Assembly: GCA_009784425.1 (NCBI GenBank)
Contig: WRBR01000002.1
Coordinates: 1 to 62,955, forward strand
Origin: Coriobacteriia bacterium
GTDB taxonomy: Bacteria; Actinomycetota; Coriobacteriia; Coriobacteriales; UBA8131
DNA: 62,955 bases
Reading direction: 5' to 3'
How positions within the stretch are numbered: position 1 is the first letter of the stretch; every line of letters begins with the position of its first letter. Below, piece after piece: positions 1-9,153 of this stretch. The notes under the pieces are model-generated. The model was not told where the DNA came from and did not search any database. It saw only the letters and a program-made list of their open reading frames with translations. A program made the position numbers and the translations under genes.

Positions 1-219
1 GGCAGCGGCGGAGGGGTGGGGTTGGGGTTGGGGTTGGGGGATGAGGGTGGGGGGCGGCGGAGGGGCTGGGGTTGGGGGCGAGGGTGGGGGTGGGGGCACA
101 GGGGAACACTTTTGTCGTTCCCTTATGAGGTTAAGTTGGTTATAATTATGCGCAGTGTGGGCTTAACACCAATTTACAGATTAATATGCAAGAACCAACA
201 GTTTCTTTTTGGAGGAAAA

Positions 220-702
220 ATGGAAAACCAAAACGAGTGGCAAAGTGTTATCAACGGAAAGCAGTACGATTTTTCTTATCAGATTATTCAGAAAAAGCCC
301 AATCTCTTTATTAACGGAGAGCCTACAGTAATCAAACCAGGATTTTGGGGGTCTTTTTTTGGAGTCGAGCAGGAAATAAATCTTGACGGACAAGAGGCAA
401 CGTTTGCCATCCCCAAGAAAACGCCCGACATTGCAGTAAACGGCGTTTTTCTCCGAAGTGGCAAACCCTTTGAAAAGCGCCCTTTTTGGGTTTTTATCTT
501 CGCAGCTATCTGCCTTGCGATCCCCATTGCTTCGCTGGGCGGCGCCTTGCCTTTCTTATTAGGTTTTGGCGGCGCGGCCCTCTGCATGATGGTATCCAGG
601 AGCTCTCTCAAGCCTTTCCTCAGAGTGATTGTCTGCGTTTTAATAACGCTGGTTGCATGGGGATTGCTCCTAGCTTTACTCTTTTTCCTTGCCGCGCTTT
701 AG
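220..702 (+). CDS. Hypothetical membrane protein (soluble N-terminus, about 3 C-terminal TM helices)
   Basis: GGAGG RBS at 211-215 before ATG 220 (MENQNEW...); hydrophobic C-terminal segments. The upstream ORF extension from 16 is low-complexity G-rich sequence. Confidence 0.75.
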   Translation: MENQNEWQSVINGKQYDFSYQIIQKKPNLFINGEPTVIKPGFWGSFFGVEQEINLDGQEATFAIPKKTPDIAVNGVFLRSGKPFEKRPFWVFIFAAICLAIPIASLGGALPFLLGFGGAALCMMVSRSSLKPFLRVIVCVLITLVAWGLLLALLFFLAAL

Positions 703-750
703 TAAAAGAGGCCACTGTGTCACTTGGGCGTCAGGCTTGTGTAAGAACCC

Positions 751-846
751 CTGTCACCCATATTGTCTGAGCAGTGCGCGAAGCCGAAGGACCCAGGTAG
801 TGAATCGCTGCCTGGGTCCTTCGGCTTCGTTTCGCTATGGGCGACA
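751..846. repeat. Family-A palindromic repeat (GTCATCCTGAGCGAAG type), degenerate copy
   Basis: CTGTCACCCA...GAAGCCGAAGGACCCAGG / CCTGGGTCCTTCGGCTTC...TGGGCGACA; resembles copies at 30651, 54594, 58672; lies between convergent genes. Confidence 0.75.
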
Positions 847-901
847 ACGAAGAGGGGTTTTTGCGTACTCTGGCGAAGGTGTCGTGGGGACGGAGCGTGT
901 C

Positions 902-2599
902 TCAAAATACGATGTCGTCTTCATTGAGGCGCATGAAGAGGGGGTCACCGATGGTGGTGGCGAGGTTGGCTGGCAGGTCGCCCCAGGTGCAGGTGGCGGC
1001 TTGGTCTTCAATGGCGAGGATGTTGCCGAGACCGAGTCTCTTCCATACTTCTGCTGAAGAGTTGGGCATCACTGGGGCAAAGAGTGCGGCGATGATGCGC
1101 ATGCTTTCCAGGACGTTATAGAGTACGAATGACAGGCGGTCGGCCTGTGTGGGTGCCTTGGAGTCTGCCAGGTCCTCGCTGCGTGAGATAGCTTCTTCCG
1201 CCTCAGCTGCGGCAAGCTTTGCCAGGGTCCAAGGGGCGCTTTGCTCTATGTAGAGGTTGGCGGCATCCACTAGTTCCATGACCACATTCATGGCGCCGGA
1301 GTAGTCCTCCGCGCTAAAGGCGGCGGCGTAGCGGTTGTGCAGGCCGCCCTTAACCAGCTCGGCCAGGGGGTTACCCATCTCAGCAGTAAGGCGCTCTGTG
1401 GTTTTTTCCCAAAGCTCGGGGGTCTTGCCTCCCAGGTATTTGGCGGTCATGTTGAGTGCGCGCGAGCAGAGGTTGCCCCAGCTGTTGGCTAAGTCGGCGT
1501 TGTATACCTGAATCATGCGCTCCAGTGAAATTGAACCGTCGGTTCCAAATTGTACGTCACGTAAGAAGTAGTAACGGTAGCCGTCCACGCTCAGGATGTC
1601 TATCAAGGCGTACGGGTCCACGGCGTTGCCTTTTGACTTGCTCATCTTCTCGCCCTTGGTGAGCAAAAAGCCGTGGGCAAAAACCGTCTCGGGCAGCTCA
1701 AGGCCGGCGGCCATCAGCATAGCCGGCCATATCACGCAGTGAAAGCGAATGATGTCCTTGCCCACAAACTGAACCTGAGCCGGCCAGTATTTGGCAAAGC
1801 GCTCTTGGTCTTCCGGCGCGTCGCTGCCGTAGCCAAGAGCCGTTATGTAGTTAAGGAGCGCGTCCACCCACACGTAGCTCACGTGTCCGGGCGCAAAGGG
1901 GATGGGCACCCCCCAAGAAAAGGTTGTGCGCGAGACGCTCAGGTCTTTCAGGCCGCTGTTAACAAAGGAGAGCACCTCGTTTCGGCGTATCTCCGGCTGT
2001 ATGAACCCCGGGTTGGCCTCGTAGTAATCAAGCAGAGGCTGCTCAAAGGCGCTCAGTTTGAAGAAGAGGTTCTCCTCTTCCACATAACCCAGGGGCCTTT
2101 GGCAGTCGGGGCAAAGCGGGCTGCCGTCGTTGTGCTTGCTTGGCAGGCCCTCGGCTTGGCGCTCTTCGGCAAACTCGGCGAGCTGCTCGTCAGAGAAGAA
2201 AGTCTCGTCCGGCACGCAGTAGTAGCCCTGGTAGGTGTCCAGGTAGATATGACCCTTGCTGTGGAGCTGCTCAAAGAAGTACTGCACCCCTTGGGCGTGA
2301 CGCGGCTCCGTGGTGCGGATGAAGTCGTCGTAGGTTATCTGCAGGGTTTCCCAGGCATGCTTGAACTTGGGGGCAACCTCGTCCACCCACTCTTGGGCCG
2401 TTTTGCCCTCGGCTATTGCTGCCTGCTCTATCTTTTGTCCGTGCTCGTCAAGGCCTGTGAGAAACCAGACATCCTTGCCGTTGCTGCGCATGAAGCGCGC
2501 CAGTGCGTCGCTCGCCACCGTAGTGTAAGCGGTGCCCAGGTGTGGCGCCGCGTTGACGTAATAAATGGGGGTTGTTAAATAGTATGTCTCTTTGTTCAT
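902..2599 (-). CDS. metG: Methionine--tRNA ligase
   Basis: TTPIYYVNAAPHLG (HIGH-like), GKDIIRFH and KMSKSKGN motifs. Confidence 0.97.
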   Translation of the reverse strand: MNKETYYLTTPIYYVNAAPHLGTAYTTVASDALARFMRSNGKDVWFLTGLDEHGQKIEQAAIAEGKTAQEWVDEVAPKFKHAWETLQITYDDFIRTTEPRHAQGVQYFFEQLHSKGHIYLDTYQGYYCVPDETFFSDEQLAEFAEERQAEGLPSKHNDGSPLCPDCQRPLGYVEEENLFFKLSAFEQPLLDYYEANPGFIQPEIRRNEVLSFVNSGLKDLSVSRTTFSWGVPIPFAPGHVSYVWVDALLNYITALGYGSDAPEDQERFAKYWPAQVQFVGKDIIRFHCVIWPAMLMAAGLELPETVFAHGFLLTKGEKMSKSKGNAVDPYALIDILSVDGYRYYFLRDVQFGTDGSISLERMIQVYNADLANSWGNLCSRALNMTAKYLGGKTPELWEKTTERLTAEMGNPLAELVKGGLHNRYAAAFSAEDYSGAMNVVMELVDAANLYIEQSAPWTLAKLAAAEAEEAISRSEDLADSKAPTQADRLSFVLYNVLESMRIIAALFAPVMPNSSAEVWKRLGLGNILAIEDQAATCTWGDLPANLATTIGDPLFMRLNEDDIVF

Positions 2600-2606
2600 G
2601 CTTCTC

Positions 2607-2634
2607 AATTCTTAATTCTTATTTCTTAATTCTT
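2607..2634. repeat. Heptamer tandem repeat (AATTCTT x4)
   Basis: AATTCTT AATTCTT ATTTCTT AATTCTT, overlapping the trxB stop codon. Confidence 0.75.
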
Positions 2635-3528
2635 ATCTGTTAAGTACTCTACGGCGGAGAAGACGGCTATCTGTCCCTCGCCTACTGCTTTGGCTATTTG
2701 CATTGGCTTGCCGGTGCAGTCGCCGGCGGCGAATACTCCGCTGAGGTTTGTGTGCATGGTGGCGTCTACCTTAATAAAGCCGCTCTCGGTTTCAAGCGCG
2801 GGCAACATGCTGGTGGGGGCAACGCCGGGTCTGAGGACAAAGACTCCGTTAACCTCCAGCTGCACCTCCTTTGGCTTGGCACCGCTTGCGGCCTCTTCCT
2901 CGCTGGGGCGCTCGGAAATAACCACGCCGGTCACTCCCAGGGCGTCGCCTTCGATTGAGAGCAGGCGTCCGGCGTAAGTCTGCACACGCGAATCAAGGTC
3001 GGCCGGTATTTCCTTGGCCACCAGATGCACGGTTGCGCCAATCTCGGCCATGAAGTTGGCCTCTTCGGCAGCCTCGTCAGAAAGCCCCACTATCAATACC
3101 GTGGAATTGCGAAACAGCATGCCGTCGCAGGTGGCGCAGTAGCTGACTCCCCTGCCCAGATATTCTGCCTCGCCCTTGAAGGGCTTGCCGCCGCTTGCTG
3201 CCCCGCAGGCGATGATTATCGACTGGGCCTCAAGGGCATCGCCACTTGTGGAAACCAGGTATTTGTCCTGCAGGGGAAGGATGGTGAGAACCCGCGCTTC
3301 AAGAAACTCCACGCCCATCTTTTCTGCCTGCGTGTGCATGGTGTCAAGAAGGTGCATGCCGCTGACCGAGTGCATGCCGGGATAGTTATCCACTAGGTGC
3401 GCGGCAGCCAGGGGGCTGTGTTGTCTGTGGTTTGAGATGACCAGTACCTTTTTGTTGCGTGCCCGGGCGGTGATTGCAGCCGACAGCCCTGCCGGTCCGC
3501 CGCCAATGATGATGATGTCGTTGCTCAT
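2626..3528 (-). CDS. trxB: Thioredoxin-disulfide reductase family FAD oxidoreductase
   Basis: IIIIGGGPAGL FAD motif, GRGVSYCATCDG redox centre, GVFAAGD; GGAG RBS before ATG 3528. Confidence 0.85.
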   Translation of the reverse strand: MSNDIIIIGGGPAGLSAAITARARNKKVLVISNHRQHSPLAAAHLVDNYPGMHSVSGMHLLDTMHTQAEKMGVEFLEARVLTILPLQDKYLVSTSGDALEAQSIIIACGAASGGKPFKGEAEYLGRGVSYCATCDGMLFRNSTVLIVGLSDEAAEEANFMAEIGATVHLVAKEIPADLDSRVQTYAGRLLSIEGDALGVTGVVISERPSEEEAASGAKPKEVQLEVNGVFVLRPGVAPTSMLPALETESGFIKVDATMHTNLSGVFAAGDCTGKPMQIAKAVGEGQIAVFSAVEYLTDKN

Positions 3529-3547
3529 GTGCTCTCCATCTAGTTGT

Positions 3548-4525
3548 TTAAAGGGAGGCTCGTGCCGCCCTCTCCAAGGCCCAAATAATGAAACTTTCGT
3601 AGAGCTCTTCGTTGCTGATGCCATTATACTCTGCGGCATGCGGCAGCAGTGACGTGCCGGTCATGCCGGGGACAGTGTTGGTTTCGATGACCCAGACCGT
3701 ATCCTCGTCGTCAACAATCATGTCCGTTCTGCTTACGCCAAAGCAGCCGAGCCCCTCGTGCGCCACCAGGGCTGCACGGTTAGCCTCGGCGAGGACTTTT
3801 TCGCTGATGCGTGCGGGAATGATGTGATCGCAGCCGCCCTCTGTATACTTGCTCTCAAAGTCATAGAATTCGTTTTTGGGAATAATCTCAATGGCCGGAA
3901 GCGCCTGGAGTTCCGTGCTCCCCAGTACCGAGATGGTAATCTCAACACCTTGCACATAGCGCTCTGCCAATAACACCTCAGTTCCTGAGTCAAAAGACTC
4001 CTCAACTGCCCGCTGCAGCGTTTTGGCATCCTTGGCAATAGTAATGCCAAAAGAAGAGCCCTCCTCGCTGGGCTTGATAACCACCGGAAGGCCCATAATC
4101 TTAAGAACGTACTCGTGGCTTGCAGCGTGAGTGCCTCTTTGGCTCCTTTTAAGGCGAAGCGAGCGCGGTGTCTTGAGCCCAAGCGCCTCGTAAATGATCT
4201 TTGAGCGGTACTTATCCATTGCCAGCGCGCTTCCTAAAACACCGCTGCCGGTATAGGGGATTCCCATGTGCTCAAACACGGCTTGCAGCGAGCCGTCTTC
4301 TCCGCCCTTGCCGTGCAGCGCAATGAAGGCAACGTCGGGGTTGAGTTGTTTGAGCTCTTCTAAAAACCCCTTGTTGGCGGTGTCTACTTTGACTACTTTG
4401 TGCCCAGCGGAGGCGAGCGCCTGCTCCACGTTGGCTGCGCTTGAAAACGAAACCTCTCGCTCATTTGAATTGCCGCCGCACATTAAGGCAATGGTATAAG
4501 ATTGCAACACGGTTAGACCTCGCAT
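3548..4525 (-). CDS. ddl: D-alanine--D-alanine ligase
   Basis: GGNSNEREVS, ALHGKGGEDG, FYDFESKY omega loop, ETNTVPGMT; exact start uncertain. Confidence 0.95.
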   Translation of the reverse strand: MRGLTVLQSYTIALMCGGNSNEREVSFSSAANVEQALASAGHKVVKVDTANKGFLEELKQLNPDVAFIALHGKGGEDGSLQAVFEHMGIPYTGSGVLGSALAMDKYRSKIIYEALGLKTPRSLRLKRSQRGTHAASHEYVLKIMGLPVVIKPSEEGSSFGITIAKDAKTLQRAVEESFDSGTEVLLAERYVQGVEITISVLGSTELQALPAIEIIPKNEFYDFESKYTEGGCDHIIPARISEKVLAEANRAALVAHEGLGCFGVSRTDMIVDDEDTVWVIETNTVPGMTGTSLLPHAAEYNGISNEELYESFIIWALERAARASL

Positions 4526-4581
4526 ATCGTACCTGCGCTTCTGGGGGAGCGCCGCATGGTTGCTTGAATTATAATCATAGC

Positions 4582-5628
4582 ATGAGCACACGAATAAACA
4601 TCATGTTGTTTGATATCCCTGGGCTGGAGACAGTTATGGCTGACCTGGGGCAAAAGCCGTATCGGGGGCGTCAGTTGGCCGAATGGCTGTATGGGCGCGG
4701 TGCCAAGAGTTTTGAGGAGATGGATAACCTGCCGCTTTCTCTGCGCCATTCGCTTAAGGAGCGCTTTGATCTGTGGCAGCCGAGCCTTGCGCGGCGGCTC
4801 GAGGATCCGAACGGCACGGTGCGCTATGTATTGGAGCTTGGCGATGGCTGTTTGACCGAGGCGGTTGCGCTTCCCGCGACTGGGCGACTGACCGTTTGTT
4901 TTTCTACCCAGGTGGGCTGTGCTTTTGGTTGTATCTTCTGTGCTACCGGCAAACTTGGCCTCAGCCGCTCGCTTTTGGCGGGCGAGATGCTCGCTCAGCT
5001 TGCCGTGGTGGCTGCTGATTTTCCTGACACCCGCATAAGCAACGCGGTGGCTATGGGTCAAGGCGAGCCCTTTGCCAACTACGAGGCTACGCTTGCCGCG
5101 CTGCGTATGATGAATAACCCCCAGTTGTTTGGCATTGGCGCACGGCACATCACCGTATCAAGCGCCGGGCTGATCCCTCAGATTAAGCGTTTTGCCGGGG
5201 AGCCTGAGCAGTTTACCCTGGCCATCTCTTTACATAGCGCTGAGCAGCGTACTCGCGACTATCTCATGCCGGGCTTTAGCGCACAGCCGCTTTACAAGCT
5301 TCGGCAGGCGCTTGTTTCTTATATGGCAGAGACGTCTAGGCGTGTGTCTTTAGAGTACGCCCTGATTGAAGGGGTGAACGACAGCAAACAATCACTAGCT
5401 AGCTTACTAGCTTTTTGTGACGTACCTGCGCCTGGTTTTCACGTGAATCTTCTTTCGCTTAATCAGATCTCTGGCTTTTTGCCTGATGCGCCCGCGCTGC
5501 AGAGAGCAAGCTCCGGCGCCTTGAAACGTTTTGAGCAGGATCTTCTACGTGCTGGGTTGAGCGTCACCAGACGAGTTTCCAAAGGCGAGACCATCGCAGC
5601 TGCCTGTGGACAGCTGGCGCACCGGTAA
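4582..5628 (+). CDS. rlmN: Dual-specificity RNA methyltransferase RlmN (radical SAM)
   Basis: QVGCAFGCIFCATG, MGQGEP, AISLH, C-terminal AACGQL; TATAAT 6 nt before ATG (leaderless). Confidence 0.93.
   Translation: MSTRINIMLFDIPGLETVMADLGQKPYRGRQLAEWLYGRGAKSFEEMDNLPLSLRHSLKERFDLWQPSLARRLEDPNGTVRYVLELGDGCLTEAVALPATGRLTVCFSTQVGCAFGCIFCATGKLGLSRSLLAGEMLAQLAVVAADFPDTRISNAVAMGQGEPFANYEATLAALRMMNNPQLFGIGARHITVSSAGLIPQIKRFAGEPEQFTLAISLHSAEQRTRDYLMPGFSAQPLYKLRQALVSYMAETSRRVSLEYALIEGVNDSKQSLASLLAFCDVPAPGFHVNLLSLNQISGFLPDAPALQRASSGALKRFEQDLLRAGLSVTRRVSKGETIAAACGQLAHR
5435..5450. promoter_or_regulatory. Degenerate parS-like site inside rlmN
   Basis: GTTTTCACGTGAATCT shares the core of the sites at 8225 and 8326. 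Confidence 0.4.
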
Positions 5629-5757
5629 GTCTATCTTTCTCGCATCGCAAGGCTTCCACCGTACCCCTCCTCGTCCCCTGCGCTTTTGTCGCAGTCAGCA
5701 GGAAGGGGTGGTTTACTCAAAATGACGGAGGTGGAACATCCTGGAGTGCAAAAATGC

Positions 5758-5788
5758 AAAGGGAGTGGCACCCAATGCCACTCCCTTT
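5758..5788. terminator. Intrinsic terminator-like hairpin, probably bidirectional
   Basis: AAAGGGAGTGGCA-CCCAA-TGCCACTCCCTTT between convergent transcription units. Confidence 0.7.
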
Positions 5789-6059
5789 ACTTCCCTAACC
5801 TTAGCATTCCCCCAGAATGCTTTTTTATAGGGCGAGTTGTTTGCCCAACTCTCCGCCTGACCCTAAGGAATCCCGTGTTACAAAACTCTTTTAGTGCACC
5901 TGCTGTTCGTACTAACCCACCAAACGCTTCTCAGAGGAGAGGAGGCTATTGCCCTGTTTTTGTTGCAGGTCTATTGTATGTTGCTGGGCATTCTCTTGTA
6001 CAGACCTGTTTATCCGGCCAGACGGGGCTTGACAAATTCGTCTTTTTATGATTGTGCTG

Positions 6060-6374
6060 TTAGCCTTGGTGTCCCTGGGCCTCAAGGTTGTCCCATTGAA
6101 TATCAATCTGAGCTTGGGCTTCTTCTTCAGCTGCTTCGTCTCGCGCGCTTTTTTCACCTGCGTCACTCTTGATAAGGCTTGCCGCAGTCTTTGACTTTGA
6201 AGCAAGGCTCTTGTAAGAGTCAACCAATGACCTGGTTGTTTTTAAGACGCTGCTTATCTGGCTTTCTATCTCATTGCGTATGTTTTGGTTCTTGCTGATA
6301 GTTACACCGAGAACCACAGCAGCTATGGTCAGCCCGCTGACAAACGATATAACCTGAACGGTAGTTTTATTCAT
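6060..6374 (-). CDS. Hypothetical protein with N-terminal membrane anchor
   Basis: 104-aa ORF, AGGAG RBS, hydrophobic N-terminus, follows parB. Confidence 0.7.
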   Translation of the reverse strand: MNKTTVQVISFVSGLTIAAVVLGVTISKNQNIRNEIESQISSVLKTTRSLVDSYKSLASKSKTAASLIKSDAGEKSARDEAAEEEAQAQIDIQWDNLEAQGHQG

Positions 6375-6450
6375 CTGTGCTCCTTGTCTTGATGATCTCT
6401 GATTAGCGTAACGAATACCCTCACTCGTACTAGCAAGCTAGCTCATGGCG

Positions 6451-7353
6451 CTATTGCCAGTTCACATTGCTCACTTGTTGGTCGATTAACCTGGGCGGCG
6501 CTACCTCTTTGTCCTCAATCGCGGCTAGGATGCGCTCGAGGTCGTTCTCGTCAGAAAACTCAATTTCAATCTTATTCTTTCCTCTGACGGTTTTGACTCT
6601 CACGCCAGTTTGGAGCAGCTTCCGCAGTTTGCGGGCAGCAATTCCAAACGACCGAGGTGAAGGTATTCTTTTCGTTCGCTCAAGACCTTGACTGCTGTAG
6701 AGGCGTGCAATGTTTTCAGTTTCACGAACTGTAAGGTTTTCCTCTACGATTTTCTTAGCAAGCTTGATTCTGGCCTCTTCGTCAGACAGGGAAAGTATCG
6801 CTCTGCCGTGCCCTGCTGAAAGAAATCCTTCTATCATCATGTCCTGAACCTCTACAGGAAGATCCAAGAGTCTCATTGCGTTTGAGATAAACACTGTGGA
6901 CTTACTAAGCGCCTCAGCAAGATCCTTTTGCTTGCAGCCGCTTAAATCTATCAGCCTGCGATAACCCCGCGCCTCTTCAATTGCGTTGAGGTTGTCTCTT
7001 TGCAGATTCTCAACCAGTGCAATCTGCTGGGACTCAACATCATTAAGGATAAGTATTTTGGCGGGAATGGTTTCGGTGTCAAGTCTTTTGCATGCCTGCC
7101 AACGGCGCTCTCCCGCAATAATCTCATACCCGTCACCCATCGGGCGTACCAGTATTGGTTGCAGCAGACCGTCTTTCTTTATTGAATTCTCCAGCTCCTG
7201 CATATGCTCTTCAGAAAAGCCTATACGAGGTTGGTTGGGGTTAGGGTTGATTTTATTGAGGGGTATTTCTCGGTAGTCAACATTACTGCCGGTTTCTGCT
7301 GTTGCGTCCTTGAGTAAAACACCCAGTCCTCTTCCGAGTCCGCCTTTAGCCAC
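6451..7353 (-). CDS. parB: Chromosome partitioning protein ParB/Spo0J
   Basis: GLGRGL N-terminus, PNPNQPR, GLLQPILVR, IIAGERRWQA, ENLQR, HTH domain. Confidence 0.97.
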   Translation of the reverse strand: MAKGGLGRGLGVLLKDATAETGSNVDYREIPLNKINPNPNQPRIGFSEEHMQELENSIKKDGLLQPILVRPMGDGYEIIAGERRWQACKRLDTETIPAKILILNDVESQQIALVENLQRDNLNAIEEARGYRRLIDLSGCKQKDLAEALSKSTVFISNAMRLLDLPVEVQDMMIEGFLSAGHGRAILSLSDEEARIKLAKKIVEENLTVRETENIARLYSSQGLERTKRIPSPRSFGIAARKLRKLLQTGVRVKTVRGKNKIEIEFSDENDLERILAAIEDKEVAPPRLIDQQVSNVNWQ

Positions 7354-8119
7354 GATGTATCACTTCCTTTGCTAGGTCTCGATAGGCTTGTGCTCCCTTG
7401 CCTTTGTTGTCATAGGAGAGAATCGATTTACCAAAACTTGGCGCCTCTGCCAAACGAACAGTTCGAGGCACCATAGTTTCAAACACCTTGTCTCCAAAGT
7501 GCTCCTGCACTTCTGCCACCACTTGTTTGGCGAGCGAAGTGCGCGAGTCATACATGGTCATAAGCACGCCCATGATTTCTAAGTCTTTGTTTATGCGGGT
7601 TTTGACAATTTTTTCTGTTTCAAGTAGTTTTGTCAGTCCTTCCAATGCATAGAACTCGCACTGGATAGGTATTATCAAGTAGTTTGCTGCTGTAAGTCCG
7701 TTGATTGTAAGTTGTCCTAATGATGGAGGGCAGTCAACCAATATATAATCATAGTAACCACGTGTTGGTCGTAACAGCTCAGCCAATCTGTGCTCTCTGG
7801 CGTATTCATTCATCAGCTCAACTTCTGCCCCGGCGAGATTAATCGTAGCAGGCATGAGGTCTACCTTTTCAACTACTTGTCTTATTATGATGCTCTCAGC
7901 AGGAACCTCGTTAATCAAGCCATCATAAACGCACAGAAGCTCGCCTGCCTTTTCTACGCCAAAGCCACTGGTTGAGTTGCCTTGTGGGTCCAGATCAACT
8001 AACAGCACCGCCTTGCCTAGCTCGCCTAGTGCGGCAGCCAGGTTTACTGCTGTTGTTGATTTTCCTACGCCTCCCTTTTGATTGATTATTGTGATGATGA
8101 TTGCTTCTTTCGTTTCCAT
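7346..8119 (-). CDS. parA: Chromosome partitioning ATPase ParA/Soj
   Basis: NQKGGVGKSTT deviant Walker A, DLDPQGN, DCPPSLG, EAPSFG; overlaps the parB start. Confidence 0.97.
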   Translation of the reverse strand: METKEAIIITIINQKGGVGKSTTAVNLAAALGELGKAVLLVDLDPQGNSTSGFGVEKAGELLCVYDGLINEVPAESIIIRQVVEKVDLMPATINLAGAEVELMNEYAREHRLAELLRPTRGYYDYILVDCPPSLGQLTINGLTAANYLIIPIQCEFYALEGLTKLLETEKIVKTRINKDLEIMGVLMTMYDSRTSLAKQVVAEVQEHFGDKVFETMVPRTVRLAEAPSFGKSILSYDNKGKGAQAYRDLAKEVIHRG

Positions 8120-8221
8120 TGCGTGTGAATCACCTCTATTTCTGCATAGGCTGTTGCTCAATGCCCGCTAAATAAGACTTAAGGTAAGTATACACAACAT
8201 CAAAATGAGGACAGTCCACAA

Positions 8222-8243
8222 TTTCTTTTCACGTGAAAAGAAA
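8222..8243. promoter_or_regulatory. parS site (variant)
   Basis: Perfect 22-bp palindrome TTTCTTTTCACGTGAAAAGAAA upstream of parA. Confidence 0.75.
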
Positions 8244-8325
8244 AGCTCCATCATTGTGGACTTTGAGCTGCAATCTAATAAAAGTACTTAAGATTGCGGG
8301 TCAAACCCGCAATGTCGGTGGAAAA

Positions 8326-8341
8326 GTTTTCACGTGAAAAG
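8326..8341. promoter_or_regulatory. parS site (variant)
   Basis: GTTTTCACGTGAAAAG, second copy about 100 bp from the first. Confidence 0.75.
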
Positions 8342-8361
8342 TTTTTTCGTCTCGCTTGGGT

Positions 8362-8451
8362 TGAGTTGGAACAGGAGGGACGGGGTTGGTGTACCACTTT
8401 TTGCCTCGGCAAAAAGTGGTACACCAACCCCGTCCCTCCTGTTCCAACTCA
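8362..8451. repeat. Family-B REPIN-like palindrome (GGGACGG-loop doublet)
   Basis: 44-bp perfect arms with a TC loop; includes the rsmG stop codon; nearly identical to the copy inside dnaX. Confidence 0.95.
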
Positions 8452-9144
8452 GGCGAGGGGGCGTTTGGTTGCCATTCCGGGTCTGCGTGGTAGGGTGATT
8501 GAGGGTTGGCCTGTTTTTTCGTACGCCAGGACAAGTCGATGGTTCTCGTTGCCTTCAAACAACAGTGTGTAGGCTCTTGAGCTGACAAGCCGCATGCTCA
8601 GCTTGCTGGCGGCAACCGCAGCTCGTTCAAGTTCTGCGTCTTCTGGTTTTCCCTTCAGGGATATGAAGTGCCCGCCAACCTGTAGAAGGGGCGCAGCAAG
8701 CTCCAGAAGCGCCGGCAAGCTTGCAACCGCGCGCGCGGTAATTACTGCAAAGGCTTCAGGCTGCTCCAGGGCAAGCTCCTCTGAGCGTGCCGCGCTCACC
8801 TTGATTATGCTCAGTAGGTCGTTGTCCTCAACAAAGCCTTGCAAAAACTGTGCCTTCTTCTTATTGGACTCCAAGAGGGTTGTGTGGCGCCCTGAAACAA
8901 GCGCCAGCGGTATGCCCGGGAACCCCGCACCGCTTCCCAGGTCCGCCATCTGCCCAGACGGAGCCCCCGTTACCTCGGGTAGTACTGCCAACGAGTCTTC
9001 AATATGAAAAACCCTACCAGCGGGCACATCGGTGATGCTGGTAAGGTTCTTTTTGTGGTTGTGTTGTAGCACCGCTTGCAGGTGCTCAAGTAACAAAGGC
9101 TGCTTCTGACAAAAATCCTCGCTGCAAAGCGTTTTGTCGCACAC
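8449..9144 (-). CDS. rsmG: 16S rRNA m7G527 methyltransferase RsmG/GidB
   Basis: NLTSIT, HIEDSL, DLGSGAGFPGIPL, ARAVA, PRRPG; canonical position before parA. Confidence 0.95.
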   Translation of the reverse strand: MCDKTLCSEDFCQKQPLLLEHLQAVLQHNHKKNLTSITDVPAGRVFHIEDSLAVLPEVTGAPSGQMADLGSGAGFPGIPLALVSGRHTTLLESNKKKAQFLQGFVEDNDLLSIIKVSAARSEELALEQPEAFAVITARAVASLPALLELAAPLLQVGGHFISLKGKPEDAELERAAVAASKLSMRLVSSRAYTLLFEGNENHRLVLAYEKTGQPSITLPRRPGMATKRPLA

Positions 9145-9153
9145 CGCTGTTTC

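Noticed and set aside
1-100. G-run tract (G-quadruplex-like) and the Gly/Trp-rich ORF extension from position 16
   Set aside because: Low-complexity sequence at the window edge that may be an assembly artefact; the credible start with RBS is at 220.
3548-4525. Ddl as a vancomycin-resistance D-Ala-D-Lac ligase
   Set aside because: The omega loop ends in KY as in D-Ala-D-Ala ligases, and there are no van genes nearby.
8294-8588. Short ORFs on both strands sharing ELEQEGRGWCTTF
   Set aside because: Produced by translating the palindrome; no RBS or independent coding signal.
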